From Gammaproteobacteria bacterium (GTDB lineage Bacteria; Pseudomonadota; Gammaproteobacteria; Eutrophobiales; Eutrophobiaceae), in NCBI GenBank assembly GCA_965221455.1, contig OZ244890.1, forward strand, positions 283,031-347,030: a stretch of 64,000 bases of DNA, in the 5' to 3' direction. The translations under genes and the position numbers were made by a program. The notes beneath the pieces are model-generated. The model had not been told where the DNA came from. It worked only from the letters and a program-made list of their open reading frames with translations, and ran no database searches. Below are positions 1 to 13,940 of this stretch, in pieces; the first letter of the stretch is position 1; the number at the start of each line of letters is the position of its first letter.

Positions 1-1543
1 ACTGACCGCGGCCACCAGACTGACGAACGAACTTACCCTCAACTTTTTCAACAGTTTTTCGAATTGTTTCACGATAGGCAACTTGAGGTTTTCCTACATT
101 TGCTCCAACACCAAATTCGCGTCTCATTCGATCAACAACGATTTCCAAATGCAACTCACCCATGCCAGCAATAATGGTTTGACCAGACTCCTCGTCAGTC
201 GAAACTCGAAAAGAGGGATCTTCATGGGCCAGCTTCCCCAAAGCCGCGCTCATCTTTTCTTCATCTGATTTGCTCTTGGGTTCCACAGCAACAGCGATTA
301 CAGGCTCTGGAAAATCCATGCGCTCTAATGTGATCACTTTGTCCATATCGCATAGCGTATCACCTGTGGTTACATCTTTGAGACCAACAGCGGCGGCGAT
401 ATCACCTGCTCTGACTTCTTTAATCTCAACACGACTATTTGCATGCATTTGTAATAAACGACCTACACGATCTTTTTTACTCTTTACCGGGTTGTACACG
501 GTATCTCCAGAACTTAAAACTCCGGAATACACTCTGAAAAATGTCAGGTTTCCCACGAAAGGATCTGTCGCTATTTTAAAAGCCAGTGCGGCAAACGGAG
601 CATCATCTTTTGAGGAACATTCAGCTTCCGTATTTTTACCATCATCCAGAATTCCTTTTATCGCCAGCACGTCAATTGGAGACGGCATATAATCAATGAC
701 GGCATCCAATAACGCCTGAACACCTTTGTTTTTAAAAGCTGAGCCGCAAAAGGCCGGGACAACTTCATTCGCTAATGTTCTGCTACGAATACCTTCTTTA
801 ATATCTGCTTCCGACAAATCAACGCCTTCAAGGTATTTTTCCATCAATTCTTCATTAGCCTCTGCTGCGGATTCAACAAGATTCTCGCGCCATTCATCGC
901 ACAAAATTTGCAGATCCGTTGGAATATCGCGCTCCTCACAATTTGAGCCCATATCGGCCTCTCCCCAATAGATGGCTTTCATCCTAATAAGATCAACAAC
1001 ACCTTCAAAGTTTTCTTCATTGCCAATCGCAACCTGCATCGGGACTGCGTTACCACCGAGTTTATGATTAATTTGTTCAACAACTCTGAGAAAATCAGCG
1101 CCTGCGCGATCCATCTTATTGACGAAAGCCACGCGCGGCACTTTATATTTATTTGCCTGCCTCCAAACTGTTTCGGACTGTGGCTCAACACCACCAACAG
1201 CACAAAATATGGCACATGCGCCATCCAGGATGCGTAAGGAGCGTTCAACTTCAATCGTAAAATCAACGTGTCCCGGCGTATCAATGACATTGATACGATG
1301 CTCATCATATTGGCCTGACATACCTTTCCAAAAACATGTCGTGGCAGCTGACGTGATTGTGATACCTCGTTCCTGCTCTTGTTCCATCCAGTCCATAGTC
1401 GCGGTGCCATCGTGAACTTCACCAATTTTATGCGACACGCCTGTATAAAACAGAATGCGTTCTGTTGCTGTCGTTTTGCCTGCGTCAATATGAGCCATAA
1501 TACCGATATTGCGATAGCGTTCTATTGGTGTTGTTCTTGGCAC
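1..1543 (-). CDS. fusA: Elongation factor G, N-terminal ~514 codons; gene continues beyond window start
   Basis: Minus-strand translation from a GTG at 1541-1543 gives [46 protein letters not shown]...[26 protein letters not shown], the EF-G G-domain. It is not in the ORF track because there is no stop inside the window. It lies downstream of rpsL-rpsG as in str operons. Confidence 0.9.
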   Translation of the reverse strand, partial: MPRTTPIERYRNIGIMAHIDAGKTTATERILFYTGVSHKIGEVHDGTATMDWMEQEQERGITITSAATTCFWKGMSGQYDEHRINVIDTPGHVDFTIEVERSLRILDGACAIFCAVGGVEPQSETVWRQANKYKVPRVAFVNKMDRAGADFLRVVEQINHKLGGNAVPMQVAIGNEENFEGVVDLIRMKAIYWGEADMGSNCEERDIPTDLQILCDEWRENLVESAAEANEELMEKYLEGVDLSEADIKEGIRSRTLANEVVPAFCGSAFKNKGVQALLDAVIDYMPSPIDVLAIKGILDDGKNTEAECSSKDDAPFAALAFKIATDPFVGNLTFFRVYSGVLSSGDTVYNPVKSKKDRVGRLLQMHANSRVEIKEVRAGDIAAAVGLKDVTTGDTLCDMDKVITLERMDFPEPVIAVAVEPKSKSDEEKMSAALGKLAHEDPSFRVSTDEESGQTIIAGMGELHLEIVVDRMRREFGVGANVGKPQVAYRETIRKTVEKVEGKFVRQSGGRGQ

Positions 1544-1589
1544 TTGAATTTATTATCTACAATTTAGAATTTCAGTAACTACTAAAACC

Positions 1590-2060
1590 TTACCAGCGAA
1601 AATGCGAGAATGCTTTATTTGCTTCCGCCATCTTGTGTGTATCTTCACGCTTTTTAATCGCTGATCCCTTATTCTCCAGGGCATCCAGCAATTCACCTGC
1701 CAGACGTAAGCCCATATTTTTCTCGCTTCTTTTTTTTGCCGCATCAACCAACCAACGCATCGCCAAAGTAATACTTCTTGCCTGACGTACTTCTACAGGT
1801 ACCTGATAAGTTGCACCGCCAACGCGTCTGGATTTAACTTCAACCGCTGGTTTGACATTCTTGAGTGCTCTGGTGAAAAGTTCTAATGGCTCGCCATTAC
1901 CCTTCTCACCCATGACACCAAGAGCATCGTAAACAATTTTTTCCGCAACCGATTTTTTACCGCTTTGCATAATCATGTTGATGAACTTGGCCAGTGTCTG
2001 ATCACCATATTTTGGATCAGGCAAGCTCTCTCTCTTCTCGGCAACTCTTCTTCTTGACAT
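1590..2060 (-). CDS. rpsG: 30S ribosomal protein S7
   Basis: The 156-aa [14 protein letters not shown]...[10 protein letters not shown]...[21 protein letters not shown] is typical uS7. It lies between rpsL and fusA. Confidence 0.95.
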   Translation of the reverse strand: MSRRRVAEKRESLPDPKYGDQTLAKFINMIMQSGKKSVAEKIVYDALGVMGEKGNGEPLELFTRALKNVKPAVEVKSRRVGGATYQVPVEVRQARSITLAMRWLVDAAKKRSEKNMGLRLAGELLDALENKGSAIKKREDTHKMAEANKAFSHFRW

Positions 2061-2122
2061 AACTAGTAATCTATTTTAATGGATCCTAATATTTAATTTC
2101 TGCTGGCTTTTGCCTACTTAAA

Positions 2123-2494
2123 TTACTTAGGACGTTTAGTACCATACTTTGAACGGCCATTACGTCTATCACTCACGCCTGATGTGTCCAAGGTACCTCG
2201 AACAGTGTGATAGCGAACACCAGGTAAATCCTTAACACGACCGCCGCGAATCAAAATTACAGAGTGCTCTTGCAAGTTATGGCCTTCACCACCGATATAA
2301 GTCGACACTTCATATCCATTAGTTAACCTGACACGTGCTACCTTACGAAGGGCTGAGTTAGGTTTTTTCGGAGTTGTTGTATAAACTCGGGTACAAACAC
2401 CTCGTTTTTGTGGACAAGCCTCCAACGCACGCACATTACTTATTACACGTTGACGCTTTCGCGGTTTTCTAACTAATTGATTAATCGTCGTCAT
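2123..2494 (-). CDS. rpsL: 30S ribosomal protein S12
   Basis: The 123-aa [16 protein letters not shown]...[22 protein letters not shown]...[14 protein letters not shown] is canonical uS12. Confidence 0.95.
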   Translation of the reverse strand: MTTINQLVRKPRKRQRVISNVRALEACPQKRGVCTRVYTTTPKKPNSALRKVARVRLTNGYEVSTYIGGEGHNLQEHSVILIRGGRVKDLPGVRYHTVRGTLDTSGVSDRRNGRSKYGTKRPK

Positions 2495-2787
2495 ACTCGA
2501 TTTTGCTATTTCTCTGTATAGTAAATTAATGTCAATGGACCCATTAAAGAGTGGATCAAAAAGACCCCGTCCATAGTGCTAGAAAAATCTCTTACTAGAC
2601 CGCAGCTACTTATTTAACAGATAATGCCGAGCGACCCAGGCTCTAATATCAGGAGGCGAACAGACGCTTTTTCCAAACATTTTCAGGTCCCAAAACAAAC
2701 CGCCAGGCGCGAAATCCAATCGGGCCTGACGGGGAAGCCGGATCCTATGGCCTAGGAGAGCAACCGTCAAGCCAAAACCTCATGAAT

Positions 2788-5700
2788 TTACGCCGTTGGC
2801 GTTTCTTCTTCCTGATTTGAAGCTGCTGCATCTTTGGTTTCCGCAGCAATCAGCGGAATAGTTTCTGATGCTTGTTCCATTATCATTTCCTCTGCAGTCG
2901 CCTCATCTTGCCTCTCCGTGTGATATGAGAGTCCCGTACCCGCAGGAATCAGACGCCCAACAATCACATTTTCCTTCAATCCCCTGAGATCATCGACCTT
3001 ACCACAAACACTGGCTTCGGTCAGAACACGGGTGGTTTCCTGAAAAGAGGCGGCAGAAACAAATGATTCAGTCGATAGTGACGCCTTGGTAATACCCAGA
3101 AGCACAGGTTCCCACCCAGCTGGCTGCACACCTTCAACAATCATCTTCTCATTTTCGTCAAGACACCTGGACTTTTCAATCTGCTCGCCAGGAAGGAATT
3201 TTGTGTCACCGGGATCAGTAATTTCCACTTTGCGTAACATCTGCCTGACAATGACTTCAATATGCTTGTCATTAATCTTCACACCTTGCAACCTGTAGAC
3301 TTCCTGAATCTCAGTCACAATATAATCCGCCAGTGCATGCACACCTTTTAAACGTAATATATCATGGGGCGTCGGCGGACCATCCGCAATACTCTCGCCT
3401 TGTTCTACGTGTTCACCATCAAACGCAGTGATATGTCGCCACTTAGGTATCAGGGTCTCATAATGCGCATCAGTACCAGTGATCACCAAACGTCGCTTGC
3501 CTTTGGTTTCCTTTCCAAAACTAACAGTACCGGTAATTTCAGCCATGATGGCAGGCTCTTTCGGCTTCCTGGCCTCGAAAAGATCAGCGACACGCGGCAA
3601 ACCACCTGTAATATCACGCGTTTTCGCTGATTCTTGGGGCAAACGGGCAATGACATCGCCCACTTTAATCTCTGCACCATCCTCAATGTTGACCACTGCA
3701 TTTGAGGGCAATGGATAATGTGCGGGAATCTCGGTACCCGGAATCATCAATTCTGCGCCCTTACTATCGATCAGTTTTATGATAGGACGTAAATCCTTTG
3801 CTGCTGTGCTCCTTTGCTTTGAATCGATAATCACCATGCTCACTAAACCGGTAATATCGTCAACCTGTCGTTCAACAGTGACTCCTTCAAGCATATCGGA
3901 AAATTGTACTCGGCCCGCTACCTCAGATATCACCGGGTGAGTGTGTGGATCCCAGTCAGCAACGACTTGACCTGGCTGGACTTCTCCACCTTCATCCACA
4001 GTTAAGATCGCACCGTAGGGGATCTTGTAGCGCTCACGTTCGCGCCCATCTTCGTCCTGGATAACAACTTCACCTGAGCGAGAGATAACCACCTGGTGTC
4101 CTTTTTCATGTTTCAACATTTTGACGTTTTGATGGCGTAATTTGCCGCCGTACTTAACTTCTATGTTGCTAACTGCTGCGGCTCTGGATGCGGCACCACC
4201 AATATGGAAAGTACGCATCGTTAACTGCGTGCCTGGTTCTCCAATTGATTGCGCTGCAACAACACCAACAGCCTCACCGATACCGACTAATTGTCCACGA
4301 CCCAGATCTCGACCGTAGCAAGCAGCACAAATACCGTAACGTGTCTCACAGGTAATCGCTGATCGCACTGTAACCTGATCGATACCATTCTGATCCAGAA
4401 TCTCAACCCAACGCTCATCCAACAATGTTCCGCGTTCAGCAACAACCTCGCCTGTTACAACTTTGATCGCATCCTTTGCCAATACTCGACCCAGCACACG
4501 ATCTTTCAGTGCTTCGACAACATCACCACCTTCAATGATTTGGCTGACGACATAACCCTCTTCTGTACCACAATCTTCTTCAACAACAACAAGATCCTGC
4601 GCTACATCAACCAAACGACGTGTCAGATAGCCTGAATTTGCCGTTTTCAGTGCGGTATCAGCCAAACCTTTACGGGCGCCATGCGTTGAAATGAAGTATT
4701 GCAATACATCAAGACCTTCGCGGAAGTTTGCTGTAATTGGCGTCTCAATAATGGAACCATCCGGCTTTGCCATCAATCCACGCATACCAGCTAACTGACG
4801 AATCTGCGCCGCCGAACCACGGGCGCCGGAATCAGCCATCATATAGATTGAGTTGAATGAATCCTGAGTGACGGTTTCACCTTTATGGTTTTCAACTGTC
4901 TCGGAACCTAACATATCCATCATGGCCTTGGCGACTTGATCATTAGTATGTGACCAGATGTCTACAACTTTATTATAGCGTTCACCATTAGTAATCAGAC
5001 CTGATGAATATTGTTCCTGGAATCCTTGCACCCTATCTTCTGCTTGCTTGATAATGCTATCTTTATTGCCAGGTATGACCATGTCATTAATACCGATAGA
5101 AACGCCTGAACAGGTGGAATAAGAAAACCCTGCATACATCAGTTGGTCTGCGAAAATAACTGTTGCCTTCAAGCCCAGCCTTCTGTAAACAGTGTCGATT
5201 AAACCTGAAACAACTTTTTTACTCAGCGTCTTGTTCATCAATGAAAATTCAAGACCTTCAGGCAAGATTTTAGACAACAACGCTCTACCTGTTGTGGTTT
5301 CGACACGACCGAATTTTTCTTCTTTGTCACCATTTTCACCGATGCTAATTTCACGAACTCTCACCGTGATTCTGGCTTTTAAATCCAGTACCCTAGATTC
5401 ATAAGCTCGATGCACTTCGTCAATATCGGCAAATATCATCCCCGTACCTTTAGCATCCGCTGATTCACGCGTCATGTAGTAGAGACCTAGCACAACGTCC
5501 TGAGTTGGCACGATAATCGGCTCACCATTGGCGGGAGAAAGTACATTGTTGGTAGACATCATCAAAGTACGTGCCTCGATTTGAGCTTCCACGGATAACG
5601 GGATATGCACCGCCATCTGATCACCATCAAAATCAGCATTAAACGCTGTACACACCAACGGGTGTAACTGGATTGCTTTGCCTTCAATCAAGATTGGCTC

Positions 5701-7011
5701 AAAAGCCTGAATACCTAGTCTATGCAGTGTTGGCGCACGGTTCAGCATGATTGGATGCTCACGAATCACTTCTTCCAGAATATCCCAAACCTCAGCACCT
5801 TCACGTTCAACCAACTTTTTAGCTGCTTTGATGGTGGTTGCCAAACCTCTAAATTCGAGTTTGCTGAAGATAAATGGCTTGAACAATTCCAGAGCCATCT
5901 TCTTTGGGATACCACATTGATGTAAACGTAATTTAGGACCCACAACAATGACAGTACGTCCCGAATAATCGACACGTTTACCCAGTAGATTCTGTCGGAA
6001 GCGACCTTGTTTACCTTTGATCATATCCGCCAATGATTTCAGCGGCAGTTTATTAGTGCCGGTAATTGCGCGTCCACGACGACCATTATCAAGTAACGCA
6101 TCAACAGACTCCTGCAACATACGCTTCTCATTACGCACAATGATATCCGGCGCACTTAAATCCAACAGACGCTTCAATCGATTATTACGGTTGATTACAC
6201 GACGATATAGATCATTCAGATCAGATGTTGCAAAACGACCACCATCCAGCGGCACCAACGGCCGTAGTTCCGGCGGTAAAATGGGTAATACTTTCAGAAC
6301 CATCCATTCCGGTTTATTACCCGAAGCCACGAATGCCTCAAGCAGTTTCAATCGTTTTGTCATTTTTTTGAGTTTTGTCTCAGACTTGGTTTCCGGAATC
6401 TCAGCGCGTAAAACGTCTATTTCGCTCGCAATGTTTGTAGAGATTAATAATTCTCGTATCGCCTCTGCGCCCATGCGCGCATCAAATTCATCACCATATT
6501 GCTCCATGGCTTCCAGATAAGTTTCCTCTGTCATCAACTGACCGCGCTCAAGTTCAGTCATGCCCGGCTCAATGACAACATAGGCTTCGAAATAGAGAAC
6601 ACGCTCAATTTCACGCAATTTCATATCCAGCATTAAACCCATCCTGGAAGGCAAGGATTTTAAATACCAAATGTGCGCTACTGGACTCGCTAGCTCAATG
6701 TGACCCATGCGTTCACGACGCACTTTCGAAAGTGTGACCTCAACACCACATTTTTCGCAGACAACGCCACGATGCTTTAATCTCTTATATTTTCCGCAAA
6801 GACATTCATAATCTTTTACCGGACCGAAGATCTTGGCACAAAAAAGACCGTCCCTTTCAGGTTTGAACGTACGATAATTGATGGTTTCAGGCTTCTTAAC
6901 TTCGCCAAATGACCATGAGCGAACTTTCTCGGGAGAGGCAAGACCGATCGATATGGCATCAAACTCCTCGACTTGTCCCTGCTGTTTCAAAAGTTTTAGT
7001 AAATCTTTCAA
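2788..7011 (-). CDS. rpoC: DNA-directed RNA polymerase subunit beta'
   Basis: The 1407-aa ORF starts [11 protein letters not shown]...[21 protein letters not shown] (zinc-binding) and contains [12 protein letters not shown] (catalytic Asp triad). Confidence 0.97.
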   Translation of the reverse strand: MKDLLKLLKQQGQVEEFDAISIGLASPEKVRSWSFGEVKKPETINYRTFKPERDGLFCAKIFGPVKDYECLCGKYKRLKHRGVVCEKCGVEVTLSKVRRERMGHIELASPVAHIWYLKSLPSRMGLMLDMKLREIERVLYFEAYVVIEPGMTELERGQLMTEETYLEAMEQYGDEFDARMGAEAIRELLISTNIASEIDVLRAEIPETKSETKLKKMTKRLKLLEAFVASGNKPEWMVLKVLPILPPELRPLVPLDGGRFATSDLNDLYRRVINRNNRLKRLLDLSAPDIIVRNEKRMLQESVDALLDNGRRGRAITGTNKLPLKSLADMIKGKQGRFRQNLLGKRVDYSGRTVIVVGPKLRLHQCGIPKKMALELFKPFIFSKLEFRGLATTIKAAKKLVEREGAEVWDILEEVIREHPIMLNRAPTLHRLGIQAFEPILIEGKAIQLHPLVCTAFNADFDGDQMAVHIPLSVEAQIEARTLMMSTNNVLSPANGEPIIVPTQDVVLGLYYMTRESADAKGTGMIFADIDEVHRAYESRVLDLKARITVRVREISIGENGDKEEKFGRVETTTGRALLSKILPEGLEFSLMNKTLSKKVVSGLIDTVYRRLGLKATVIFADQLMYAGFSYSTCSGVSIGINDMVIPGNKDSIIKQAEDRVQGFQEQYSSGLITNGERYNKVVDIWSHTNDQVAKAMMDMLGSETVENHKGETVTQDSFNSIYMMADSGARGSAAQIRQLAGMRGLMAKPDGSIIETPITANFREGLDVLQYFISTHGARKGLADTALKTANSGYLTRRLVDVAQDLVVVEEDCGTEEGYVVSQIIEGGDVVEALKDRVLGRVLAKDAIKVVTGEVVAERGTLLDERWVEILDQNGIDQVTVRSAITCETRYGICAACYGRDLGRGQLVGIGEAVGVVAAQSIGEPGTQLTMRTFHIGGAASRAAAVSNIEVKYGGKLRHQNVKMLKHEKGHQVVISRSGEVVIQDEDGRERERYKIPYGAILTVDEGGEVQPGQVVADWDPHTHPVISEVAGRVQFSDMLEGVTVERQVDDITGLVSMVIIDSKQRSTAAKDLRPIIKLIDSKGAELMIPGTEIPAHYPLPSNAVVNIEDGAEIKVGDVIARLPQESAKTRDITGGLPRVADLFEARKPKEPAIMAEITGTVSFGKETKGKRRLVITGTDAHYETLIPKWRHITAFDGEHVEQGESIADGPPTPHDILRLKGVHALADYIVTEIQEVYRLQGVKINDKHIEVIVRQMLRKVEITDPGDTKFLPGEQIEKSRCLDENEKMIVEGVQPAGWEPVLLGITKASLSTESFVSAASFQETTRVLTEASVCGKVDDLRGLKENVIVGRLIPAGTGLSYHTERQDEATAEEMIMEQASETIPLIAAETKDAAASNQEEETPTA

Positions 7012-7115
7012 GGTTTGTTACCTCCACGAGAGAATGCTGTATTTATTGCGTGCATGGCACATCGGATTACTGATGAACCAACAATTGTTTAACTTCATTC
7101 TTGTCAGCACCATAA

Positions 7116-10100
7116 TCATTTTTGTTTCAATTCAATATTAATACCGAGCGAACGGATTTCCTTAACCAGTACATTAAATGACTCAGGCATACCTGGGTTT
7201 GTACGATGGTCACCATCAACAATACTCTTGTACATTTGGGTCCTGCCATTGACGTCATCAGACTTAACTGTGAGCATCTCCTGCAATGTAAAAGCCGCGC
7301 CATAGGCTTCCAGTGCCCAGACTTCCATCTCGCCAAAACGTTGTCCACCGAATTGTGCCTTACCACCCAGGGGTTGCTGTGTCACCAGGCTATAGGGTCC
7401 TGTTGAACGTGCGTGCATTTTATCATCGACCAGATGGTTGAGTTTTAACATGTACATATAACCCACAGTCACTGGCCTATCGAAAGCGTCACCGGTACGT
7501 CCGTCATAAAGCGTGATTTGACCACTTTCAGGTAACCCCGCAAGTTCCAACATACTTTTAATCTCCGACTCTTCAGCACCATCAAAAACAGGGGTTGCCA
7601 TGGGCACACCATCTCGCAAATTTCGAGAAAGATCTAAAATTTCTTCATCACTCAGGTTATTCAGGTCTTCCTGCTTACCACTGGTGTTGTAAACTTCACC
7701 CAGAAACTTGCGCAATGCGCCTATACTGGCCTGCACATCCATCATATCGGATATCTTTTTGCCCAATCCTTTCGCCGCCCAGCCTAGATGAGTTTCCAAA
7801 ACCTGCCCTACATTCATACGAGAAGGAACGCCCAGAGGATTAAGTACAACATCCACTTGCTCACCATCTTTGGTATGCGGCATATCCTCGACGGGAACAA
7901 TCGTGGATATCACACCTTTATTTCCATGACGTCCGGCCATCTTGTCGCCTGGCTGAATAATCCTTTTTACCGCAAGATAGACCTTAACCATCTTCAGTAC
8001 ACCGGGAGCAAGATCGTCACCCGAAGTCAGCTTGGCTCTTTTCTTCTCAAACAATTTATCAAAATCAGCACCTAAACGACCATGTTGCTCAACCATTTGT
8101 TCGAGCTGATGATTTGCTGCTTCATTTCTAAGCCGAATGTCTCGCCATTTTTCTCGAGGCGTTTCTGCCAAGTAGGCTTTGGTAATTTTGGTTTCAGGCT
8201 TTAATTCACCTGGCCCGCCTTCTGCCACCTTACCCAGTAACAAGGTCTCTATACGCTGATAAATCCCTTCTTCCATGATGCGCATTTGATCCCCAAGATC
8301 TTTACGTACACTCTTCAGTTCAGATTCTTCAATCTCCAGCGCACGTGCATCTTTCTCAACACCGTCACGGGTAAATACCTGAACATCAATAACCGTACCA
8401 TTAGTACCTGATGACACGCGTAATGAAGTGTCTTTCACATCAGAGGCTTTTTCACCAAAGATGGCCCTCAACAACTTTTCTTCAGGTGTCAACTGGGTCT
8501 CGCCTCTCGGCGTTACCTTGCCGACAAGGATATCACCGGCATTGACTTCGGCACCGATAAATACAATCCCCGATTCATCAAGCTTATTCAACGCATGTTC
8601 ACTGACATTTGGAATATCCGCAGAAATTTCCTCCTGACCCAGCTTCGTATCACGTGCCACACAGGTAAGTTCTTCAATGTGAATCGAAGTAAAACGTTCT
8701 TCCTTCACCAGGCGTTCTGATATGAGAATTGAATCCTCAAAGTTGTAGCCATTCCATGGCATAAATGCGACCTTCATGTTTTGTCCAAGCGCTAACTCAC
8801 CCAGATCGGTCGAAGGTCCATCAGCCAGAACATCTTTTGCTGCAATTACATCACCTGGTTTTACCAATGGCTTCTGGTTAATACAGGTATTCTGATTAGA
8901 GCGTGTGTATTTGGTCAAATTATAGATATCAACACCAGGGTCGCCCACTGTGACTTCATCATTATTCACACGAACGACAATGCGACTTGCATCAACAGAG
9001 TCAACAACACCACCACGAATAGCGATCACCGTGACACCCGAATCTGACGCCACCGTTCTTTCTATACCCGTTCCAACCAGTGGTTTCTCTGCACGCAACG
9101 TCGGCACAGCCTGGCGTTGCATGTTTGATCCCATCAACGCTCTGTTGGCATCATCATGCTCAAGAAATGGAATTAACGCCGCTGCCACGGAGACAATCTG
9201 CCTCGGAGAAACATCCACGTATTCAATCTTGTCAGGCGTTTGCAAAGTGAACTCGTTCAAATGGCGACTGGAAACTAAATTGTCCGTTAAACGACCTCTG
9301 TTATCTGTCGTTGCGCTGGCCTGGCCAATGACATAATCACTTTCTTCAATCGCGGACAAATATTCGATCTTGTCCGTCATCTTGCCTTTGACGACCTTGC
9401 GATAAGGAGTTTCAAGAAAACCATACTCGTTAGTCCGGGCATAGATCGCCAGCGAATTAATCAAGCCAATATTCGGTCCCTCAGGGGTCTCAATCGGGCA
9501 TACTCGGCCATAGTGCGTCGGATGCACATCACGCACTTCAAAACCGGCACGTTCACGTGTCAGTCCACCAGAACCAAGCGCTGAAATACGTCGTTTGTGT
9601 GTAATTTCAGATAAAGGATTATTCTGATCCATAAACTGTGATAACTGACTTGAACCAAAAAATTCCTTAACCACCGCCGAAACCGGTTTAGCATTGATGA
9701 TTTCCTGAGGCATCAATCCTTCAGAATCAGCCAAGCCAAGACGTTCTTTAACTGCCCGCTCAACGCGTACCAGACCAATACGGAATTGATTCTCCGCCAT
9801 TTCACCGACACTTCTGACGCGTCTGTTACCCAGGTGGTCGATGTCGTCAACAATACCCTTACCATTCTTGATATCGATCAGCAGTTTCAGCACGGCAGTA
9901 ATATCATCTTTGGACAGAACGCCTTCACCTGTGATTTCTTTACTGCCGATCCTTCTGTTAAATTTCATCCGACCAACAGCAGACAAGTCATAACGATCCG
10001 GACTGAAAAACAGATTCTTGAAAAGATTTTCAGCAGAATCCCTTGTCGGCGGCTCGCCTGGTCGCATCATTCGATAAATCTCAACCTGTGCTTCGAGTGG

Positions 10101-11195
10101 CGTGGTCGAGGTATCTATCTTTAATGTATCCGCAATATAGGGGCCACGATCCAGATCATTGGTATGAAGTGTTTTGATCGTTAATCCTTTATATTCGAGT
10201 AGCTGTTCAATGAGTTCTTCTGTGAGTTCCGTATTCGCCGCCGCAACCAGTTCACCTGTTTCCACATCAATAATATCTTTTGCCAATACCTGCCCATACA
10301 AATATTCACTCGGTACTATCAGTTGTTTAAGCCCGGCTTTTTCAATTTCCCTGATATGACGCGCAGTAATTCGACGTTCCCGCTCTACAATTACCTTAGC
10401 TTTTTTATCTTTAATATCAAAAGTTGCAGTCTGGCCACGTAAACGATCCGGGATCAGGCTCAATGCAATACCCTTTTTGCTGATCTTGAATTCGTTAGTA
10501 TCAAAAAAGATATCCAGTATTTCCTGGGTATCATAACCTAGCGCACGCAATAAAGTAGTAGCCGGTATTTTCCTACGACGATCAATACGACAATAAACAA
10601 AATCTTTTGGATCAAACTCAAAATCAAGCCAGGAACCACGATATGGAATCACGCGTGCCGAGAACAGCAACTTTCCTGAAGAGTGAATTTTACCCTTGTC
10701 ATGTTCAAAAAAGACACCCGGAGAACGATGTAACTGAGAAACGATAACACGTTCTGTGCCGTTAATGACAAAGGCGCCAGTCGTTGTCATTAACGGGATT
10801 TCACCCATGTAGACTTCTTGTTCCTTGACATCTTTAACAACTTTTTTATTCGAACCCGCATCTTTGTCATAGATCACCAGACGAACCGTGACCCGCAATG
10901 ATGAAGCGTAAGTAATACCTCTGAGTTGACACTCCTTAACATCAAACACGGGATCGAATAATCGATAGCTGACATATTCAAGCATGGCGCTACCCGAGAA
11001 ACCGACGACGGGAAACACAGATTTAAACGCAGCCTGCAGACCGACATCCACCCGTTCTTCAGGCTTGACATCCAATTGTAAGAATTTACGATACGAATCA
11101 AGCTGCACCGCCAACAAAGCAGGTACATCCATGATCTTTGGATGTTTCCCAAAATCCTTGCGTATGCGTTTCTTTTCAGTGTAGGAATAGCTCAT
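7116..11195 (-). CDS. rpoB: DNA-directed RNA polymerase subunit beta
   Basis: The 1359-aa ORF starts [17 protein letters not shown] and contains [19 protein letters not shown] and [26 protein letters not shown] (the Rif cluster region). Confidence 0.97.
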   Translation of the reverse strand: MSYSYTEKKRIRKDFGKHPKIMDVPALLAVQLDSYRKFLQLDVKPEERVDVGLQAAFKSVFPVVGFSGSAMLEYVSYRLFDPVFDVKECQLRGITYASSLRVTVRLVIYDKDAGSNKKVVKDVKEQEVYMGEIPLMTTTGAFVINGTERVIVSQLHRSPGVFFEHDKGKIHSSGKLLFSARVIPYRGSWLDFEFDPKDFVYCRIDRRRKIPATTLLRALGYDTQEILDIFFDTNEFKISKKGIALSLIPDRLRGQTATFDIKDKKAKVIVERERRITARHIREIEKAGLKQLIVPSEYLYGQVLAKDIIDVETGELVAAANTELTEELIEQLLEYKGLTIKTLHTNDLDRGPYIADTLKIDTSTTPLEAQVEIYRMMRPGEPPTRDSAENLFKNLFFSPDRYDLSAVGRMKFNRRIGSKEITGEGVLSKDDITAVLKLLIDIKNGKGIVDDIDHLGNRRVRSVGEMAENQFRIGLVRVERAVKERLGLADSEGLMPQEIINAKPVSAVVKEFFGSSQLSQFMDQNNPLSEITHKRRISALGSGGLTRERAGFEVRDVHPTHYGRVCPIETPEGPNIGLINSLAIYARTNEYGFLETPYRKVVKGKMTDKIEYLSAIEESDYVIGQASATTDNRGRLTDNLVSSRHLNEFTLQTPDKIEYVDVSPRQIVSVAAALIPFLEHDDANRALMGSNMQRQAVPTLRAEKPLVGTGIERTVASDSGVTVIAIRGGVVDSVDASRIVVRVNNDEVTVGDPGVDIYNLTKYTRSNQNTCINQKPLVKPGDVIAAKDVLADGPSTDLGELALGQNMKVAFMPWNGYNFEDSILISERLVKEERFTSIHIEELTCVARDTKLGQEEISADIPNVSEHALNKLDESGIVFIGAEVNAGDILVGKVTPRGETQLTPEEKLLRAIFGEKASDVKDTSLRVSSGTNGTVIDVQVFTRDGVEKDARALEIEESELKSVRKDLGDQMRIMEEGIYQRIETLLLGKVAEGGPGELKPETKITKAYLAETPREKWRDIRLRNEAANHQLEQMVEQHGRLGADFDKLFEKKRAKLTSGDDLAPGVLKMVKVYLAVKRIIQPGDKMAGRHGNKGVISTIVPVEDMPHTKDGEQVDVVLNPLGVPSRMNVGQVLETHLGWAAKGLGKKISDMMDVQASIGALRKFLGEVYNTSGKQEDLNNLSDEEILDLSRNLRDGVPMATPVFDGAEESEIKSMLELAGLPESGQITLYDGRTGDAFDRPVTVGYMYMLKLNHLVDDKMHARSTGPYSLVTQQPLGGKAQFGGQRFGEMEVWALEAYGAAFTLQEMLTVKSDDVNGRTQMYKSIVDGDHRTNPGMPESFNVLVKEIRSLGINIELKQK

Positions 11196-11354
11196 TACAG
11201 TTCCTCAAATGTATGCTCTTAAACTACAAAAATACTGAAAACCCTATGACAGGCTTCCCATTGCGCTTTGCCCACCAAAGCAAACCAGGATAGACCGATG
11301 GCAATAACTCACCGGATCTGTACAGCTTGCCGTTGGTAATTTCGTCAAACAGAC

Positions 11355-11732
11355 TTATTTGACTTCGACAGTTGCACCGGCCTCTTCCAACTGTTTCTTG
11401 ACATCATCCGCTTCATCTTTGGTCGCACCTTCCTTGATTGGTGAAGGTATCCCCTCGACGAGATCTTTTGCTTCTTTCAGACCCAGACCAGTGATACCGC
11501 GAACAACTTTGATCACAGTAACCTTGTTATCACCAAAGCTGGTCAAAACAACATCAAATTCTGTTTGCTCTTCAGCCATCGTGCCGACGGCGACAGGTGC
11601 AACAGCAGGTGCCGCGGCTGCAACAGCAGCCGACACTCCAAATTTTTCTTCCATTGCTTCAACCAGCTCGACAACTTCGAGTACAGTCATGTTAGAAATG
11701 GTTTCCAAAAGTTCTTCCTTATTCACAGCCAT
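11355..11732 (-). CDS. rplL: 50S ribosomal protein L7/L12
   Basis: The 125-aa ORF has the Ala-rich hinge [12 protein letters not shown] and the C-terminal domain [20 protein letters not shown]. Confidence 0.95.
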   Translation of the reverse strand: MAVNKEELLETISNMTVLEVVELVEAMEEKFGVSAAVAAAAPAVAPVAVGTMAEEQTEFDVVLTSFGDNKVTVIKVVRGITGLGLKEAKDLVEGIPSPIKEGATKDEADDVKKQLEEAGATVEVK

Positions 11733-11792
11733 TGTTTAGTACTCCCAATTAAATTTTACCAAGTTAGATTTATATAAATTACGCATAATAAA

Positions 11793-12320
11793 TTACACAG
11801 CTTGCTTTTGCTCAGCCAACGCTTTAACCGTAAGTACCAATCTTGCGTGTGGTTCAGTCAACGTTCTCGCCAGGGTTGTGACAGGAGCCATCATGATGCC
11901 TATGAGCATACTTATCGCCTGATCCTTGCTCGGCAAACTTGCCAACATATTAATGTCAGAGGGCTGTAATAACTTACCTTCCAATACCACCAACTTGACG
12001 ACAAGCTTGTCATTTTTCTTTGCAAAATCACACACCACTTTTGCTGCAGCACCCGGCTCATCCCTGGAAAAGGCGAGGATAAGCTGTCCAACCAGTCCCT
12101 CACGCATGCAGTCAAAACTTGTACCTTGGAAAGCACGTCGCGCAAGTGTATTTCTGACAACACGCAAATAAATGCCCGCATCACGTGCAGAGCGACGTAA
12201 CTCAGTCATGTCATGCACGCTCAAGCCTCTATATTCTGCCGCCACCGCAAACAGTGAGTTGTCAGCAACTTCAGCTACTTCTTCAACTATCGCTTTTTTC
12301 GCTTCAAGGTTTAAGCCCAC
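11793..12320 (-). CDS. rplJ: 50S ribosomal protein L10
   Basis: L10-like sequence GLNLEAKKAIVEEVAEVA...IYLRVVRNTL. The ORF track extends it to 12371. A GTG at 12318-12320 preceded by GGGAGA (rc of 12329-12334) gives the usual ~175-aa L10, so the 5' end is uncertain by 51 nt. Confidence 0.85.
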   Translation of the reverse strand: MGLNLEAKKAIVEEVAEVADNSLFAVAAEYRGLSVHDMTELRRSARDAGIYLRVVRNTLARRAFQGTSFDCMREGLVGQLILAFSRDEPGAAAKVVCDFAKKNDKLVVKLVVLEGKLLQPSDINMLASLPSKDQAISMLIGIMMAPVTTLARTLTEPHARLVLTVKALAEQKQAV

Positions 12321-12672
12321 ACCCCTATCTCCCAAGTTATTCAGGCTCACAAATGACTTCGGCGACACCATAAAGACAATGTCACTGCAAGCCCCGGATT
12401 ACGCTAATGGCCTTACACCCAAAGAAACAATTGAGTGTAAAACCAACCATTACGGCAATCCTTAAAACAGGAATGAACTGTTTTGGGATATCACCGTCTG
12501 CGCAGGCAAACTTTCATTGTATTAAGCTTGTCGCATATAAAAAACCAAGGTTCCATATTTAACAAACACCTGCGGTCTTTGACGTCTAACGGACACGCCG
12601 CCAGTACAAAGCCATCAAAATACGTAATGAAACTGCCAATTACGCTCAAATAAATATTCAATACTCGATAAT
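12321..12672 (-). promoter_or_regulatory. rplJ leader region, the expected site of the L10(L12)4 autoregulatory mRNA element
   Basis: A ~350-nt non-coding gap lies between the rplA stop and the rplJ start. Its position matches the well-known long L10 leader. No structure was computed. Confidence 0.35.
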
Positions 12673-13365
12673 TCAGGCAGGCAGGCTGCTCTGATCCACC
12701 ACAATACCTGGCCCCATCGTCGTCGAAACACTGACTTTCTTGATATAAATGCCCTTCGCCGAAGTCGGCTTTGTCTTGTTCAGGTCAAGCAACAGGGACT
12801 GAAGATTCTCTTTTAATGCATCGACTTCAAACGAGACTTTGCCAATCGCGCAATGGATGATGCCGTTTTTATCTGTTCTATAACGCACCTGGCCAGCTTT
12901 TGCATTGACCACAGCTTGCGCGGCATCTGTGCTCACGGTGCCAACCTTGGGATTAGGCATTAAGCCACGCGGACCCAAAATTTTACCTAGCTTGCTGACG
13001 ACAGGCATAGCATCCGGTGTCGCAATAACCACTTCAAAATCCATCTCGCCAGCCTGCATGCGCTCTACCAAATCTTTAAAACCAACAGCATCGGCACCCG
13101 CAGCTTTTGCAGCTTCGGCTTGCTCACCCTGCGCAAATACCGCGACGCGTACCGTTTTACCTGTGCCTTTAGGAAGAACCGTTGCTCCTCTGACCGCCTG
13201 ATCAGATTTTCTGGCATCAACACCAAGATTAACAGCAACTTCTACCGACTCATCAAATTTGACGGTCGAACATTCTTTCAAAAGTTGTAAAGCATCCGTC
13301 AGAGGATAGAATTTTTCTGAATCTATTTTATCTGTCCAGGATTTAACACGTTTAGATATTGCCAT
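12673..13365 (-). CDS. rplA: 50S ribosomal protein L1
   Basis: MAISKRVK...[28 protein letters not shown]...[15 protein letters not shown]. The ATG at 13363-13365 lies 2 nt after the rplK stop. The track's TTG-extended start at 13371 is less likely. Confidence 0.93.
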   Translation of the reverse strand: MAISKRVKSWTDKIDSEKFYPLTDALQLLKECSTVKFDESVEVAVNLGVDARKSDQAVRGATVLPKGTGKTVRVAVFAQGEQAEAAKAAGADAVGFKDLVERMQAGEMDFEVVIATPDAMPVVSKLGKILGPRGLMPNPKVGTVSTDAAQAVVNAKAGQVRYRTDKNGIIHCAIGKVSFEVDALKENLQSLLLDLNKTKPTSAKGIYIKKVSVSTTMGPGIVVDQSSLPA

Positions 13366-13367
13366 AA

Positions 13368-13799
13368 TCAAACCCCTTCCGTATCAAGACCCATACTGCG
13401 TGCAGTACCAGCGATAGTGCGCACAGCCGCATCCATATCAGCAGCAGTTAAATCAGGCTCTTTTGCTTTGGCGATCTCTTCCATCTGTTGGCGATTAACC
13501 TTGCCAACTTTATTTGTATTGGGGACACCGCTGCCCTTGACAATACCTGCAGCTTTCAATAATAAAAACGAAGCGGGAGGAGTTTTGAGAACGAAGGTAA
13601 AACTTTTATCACTGTACACGGTAATGACAACGGGCATAGGAAGATTAGCTTCCATTTTCTGTGTCTGCGCATTAAATGCCTTACAGAAATCCATAATATT
13701 CAGGCCATGTTGGCCCAGTGCCGGACCAACGGGTGGACTGGGATTCGCCGCACCCGCAGGCACTTGCAACTTTATGTAAGTATCTATTTTCTTTGCCAC
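13368..13799 (-). CDS. rplK: 50S ribosomal protein L11
   Basis: The 143-aa [47 protein letters not shown] is canonical uL11. Confidence 0.95.
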   Translation of the reverse strand: MAKKIDTYIKLQVPAGAANPSPPVGPALGQHGLNIMDFCKAFNAQTQKMEANLPMPVVITVYSDKSFTFVLKTPPASFLLLKAAGIVKGSGVPNTNKVGKVNRQQMEEIAKAKEPDLTAADMDAAVRTIAGTARSMGLDTEGV

Positions 13800-13940
13800 A
13801 ATCTTCTCCCTGGGTAGTAACGCTTCTCAGCTCCCCACTACAAAAACCTTAAACCTGGTAAATTAAAACGGATATATTAAAGATTTCTTGTTTCATAAAA
13901 TTTCTGAAAACGACTAACGCTAATTTGACCTGCTGCTGAA
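13800..13940 (-). promoter_or_regulatory. rplKA promoter/leader, the expected L1 autoregulatory site
   Basis: A 140-nt AT-rich gap lies between nusG and rplK. The call is positional only. Confidence 0.3.

Noticed and set aside
83-971. + strand ORFs 83..268, 270..692 and 726..971, plus 979..1488 on the minus strand in another frame
   Set aside because: They overlap fusA, which is coded on the minus strand in a different frame and has unmistakable EF-G homology. They are low-complexity spurious frames.
2495-2787. Possible rho-independent terminator or attenuator in the rpoC-rpsL spacer (a GC stem near 2690-2720 followed by TTTGTTTT on the minus strand)
   Set aside because: The stem is imperfect on inspection. 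I could not fold it reliably by eye, so it is not reported as a feature.
6017-6520. 167-aa + strand ORF within rpoC, and similar ORFs within rpoB (e.g. 8950..9336, 9786..10124)
   Set aside because: They are antisense to highly conserved core-gene coding sequence.
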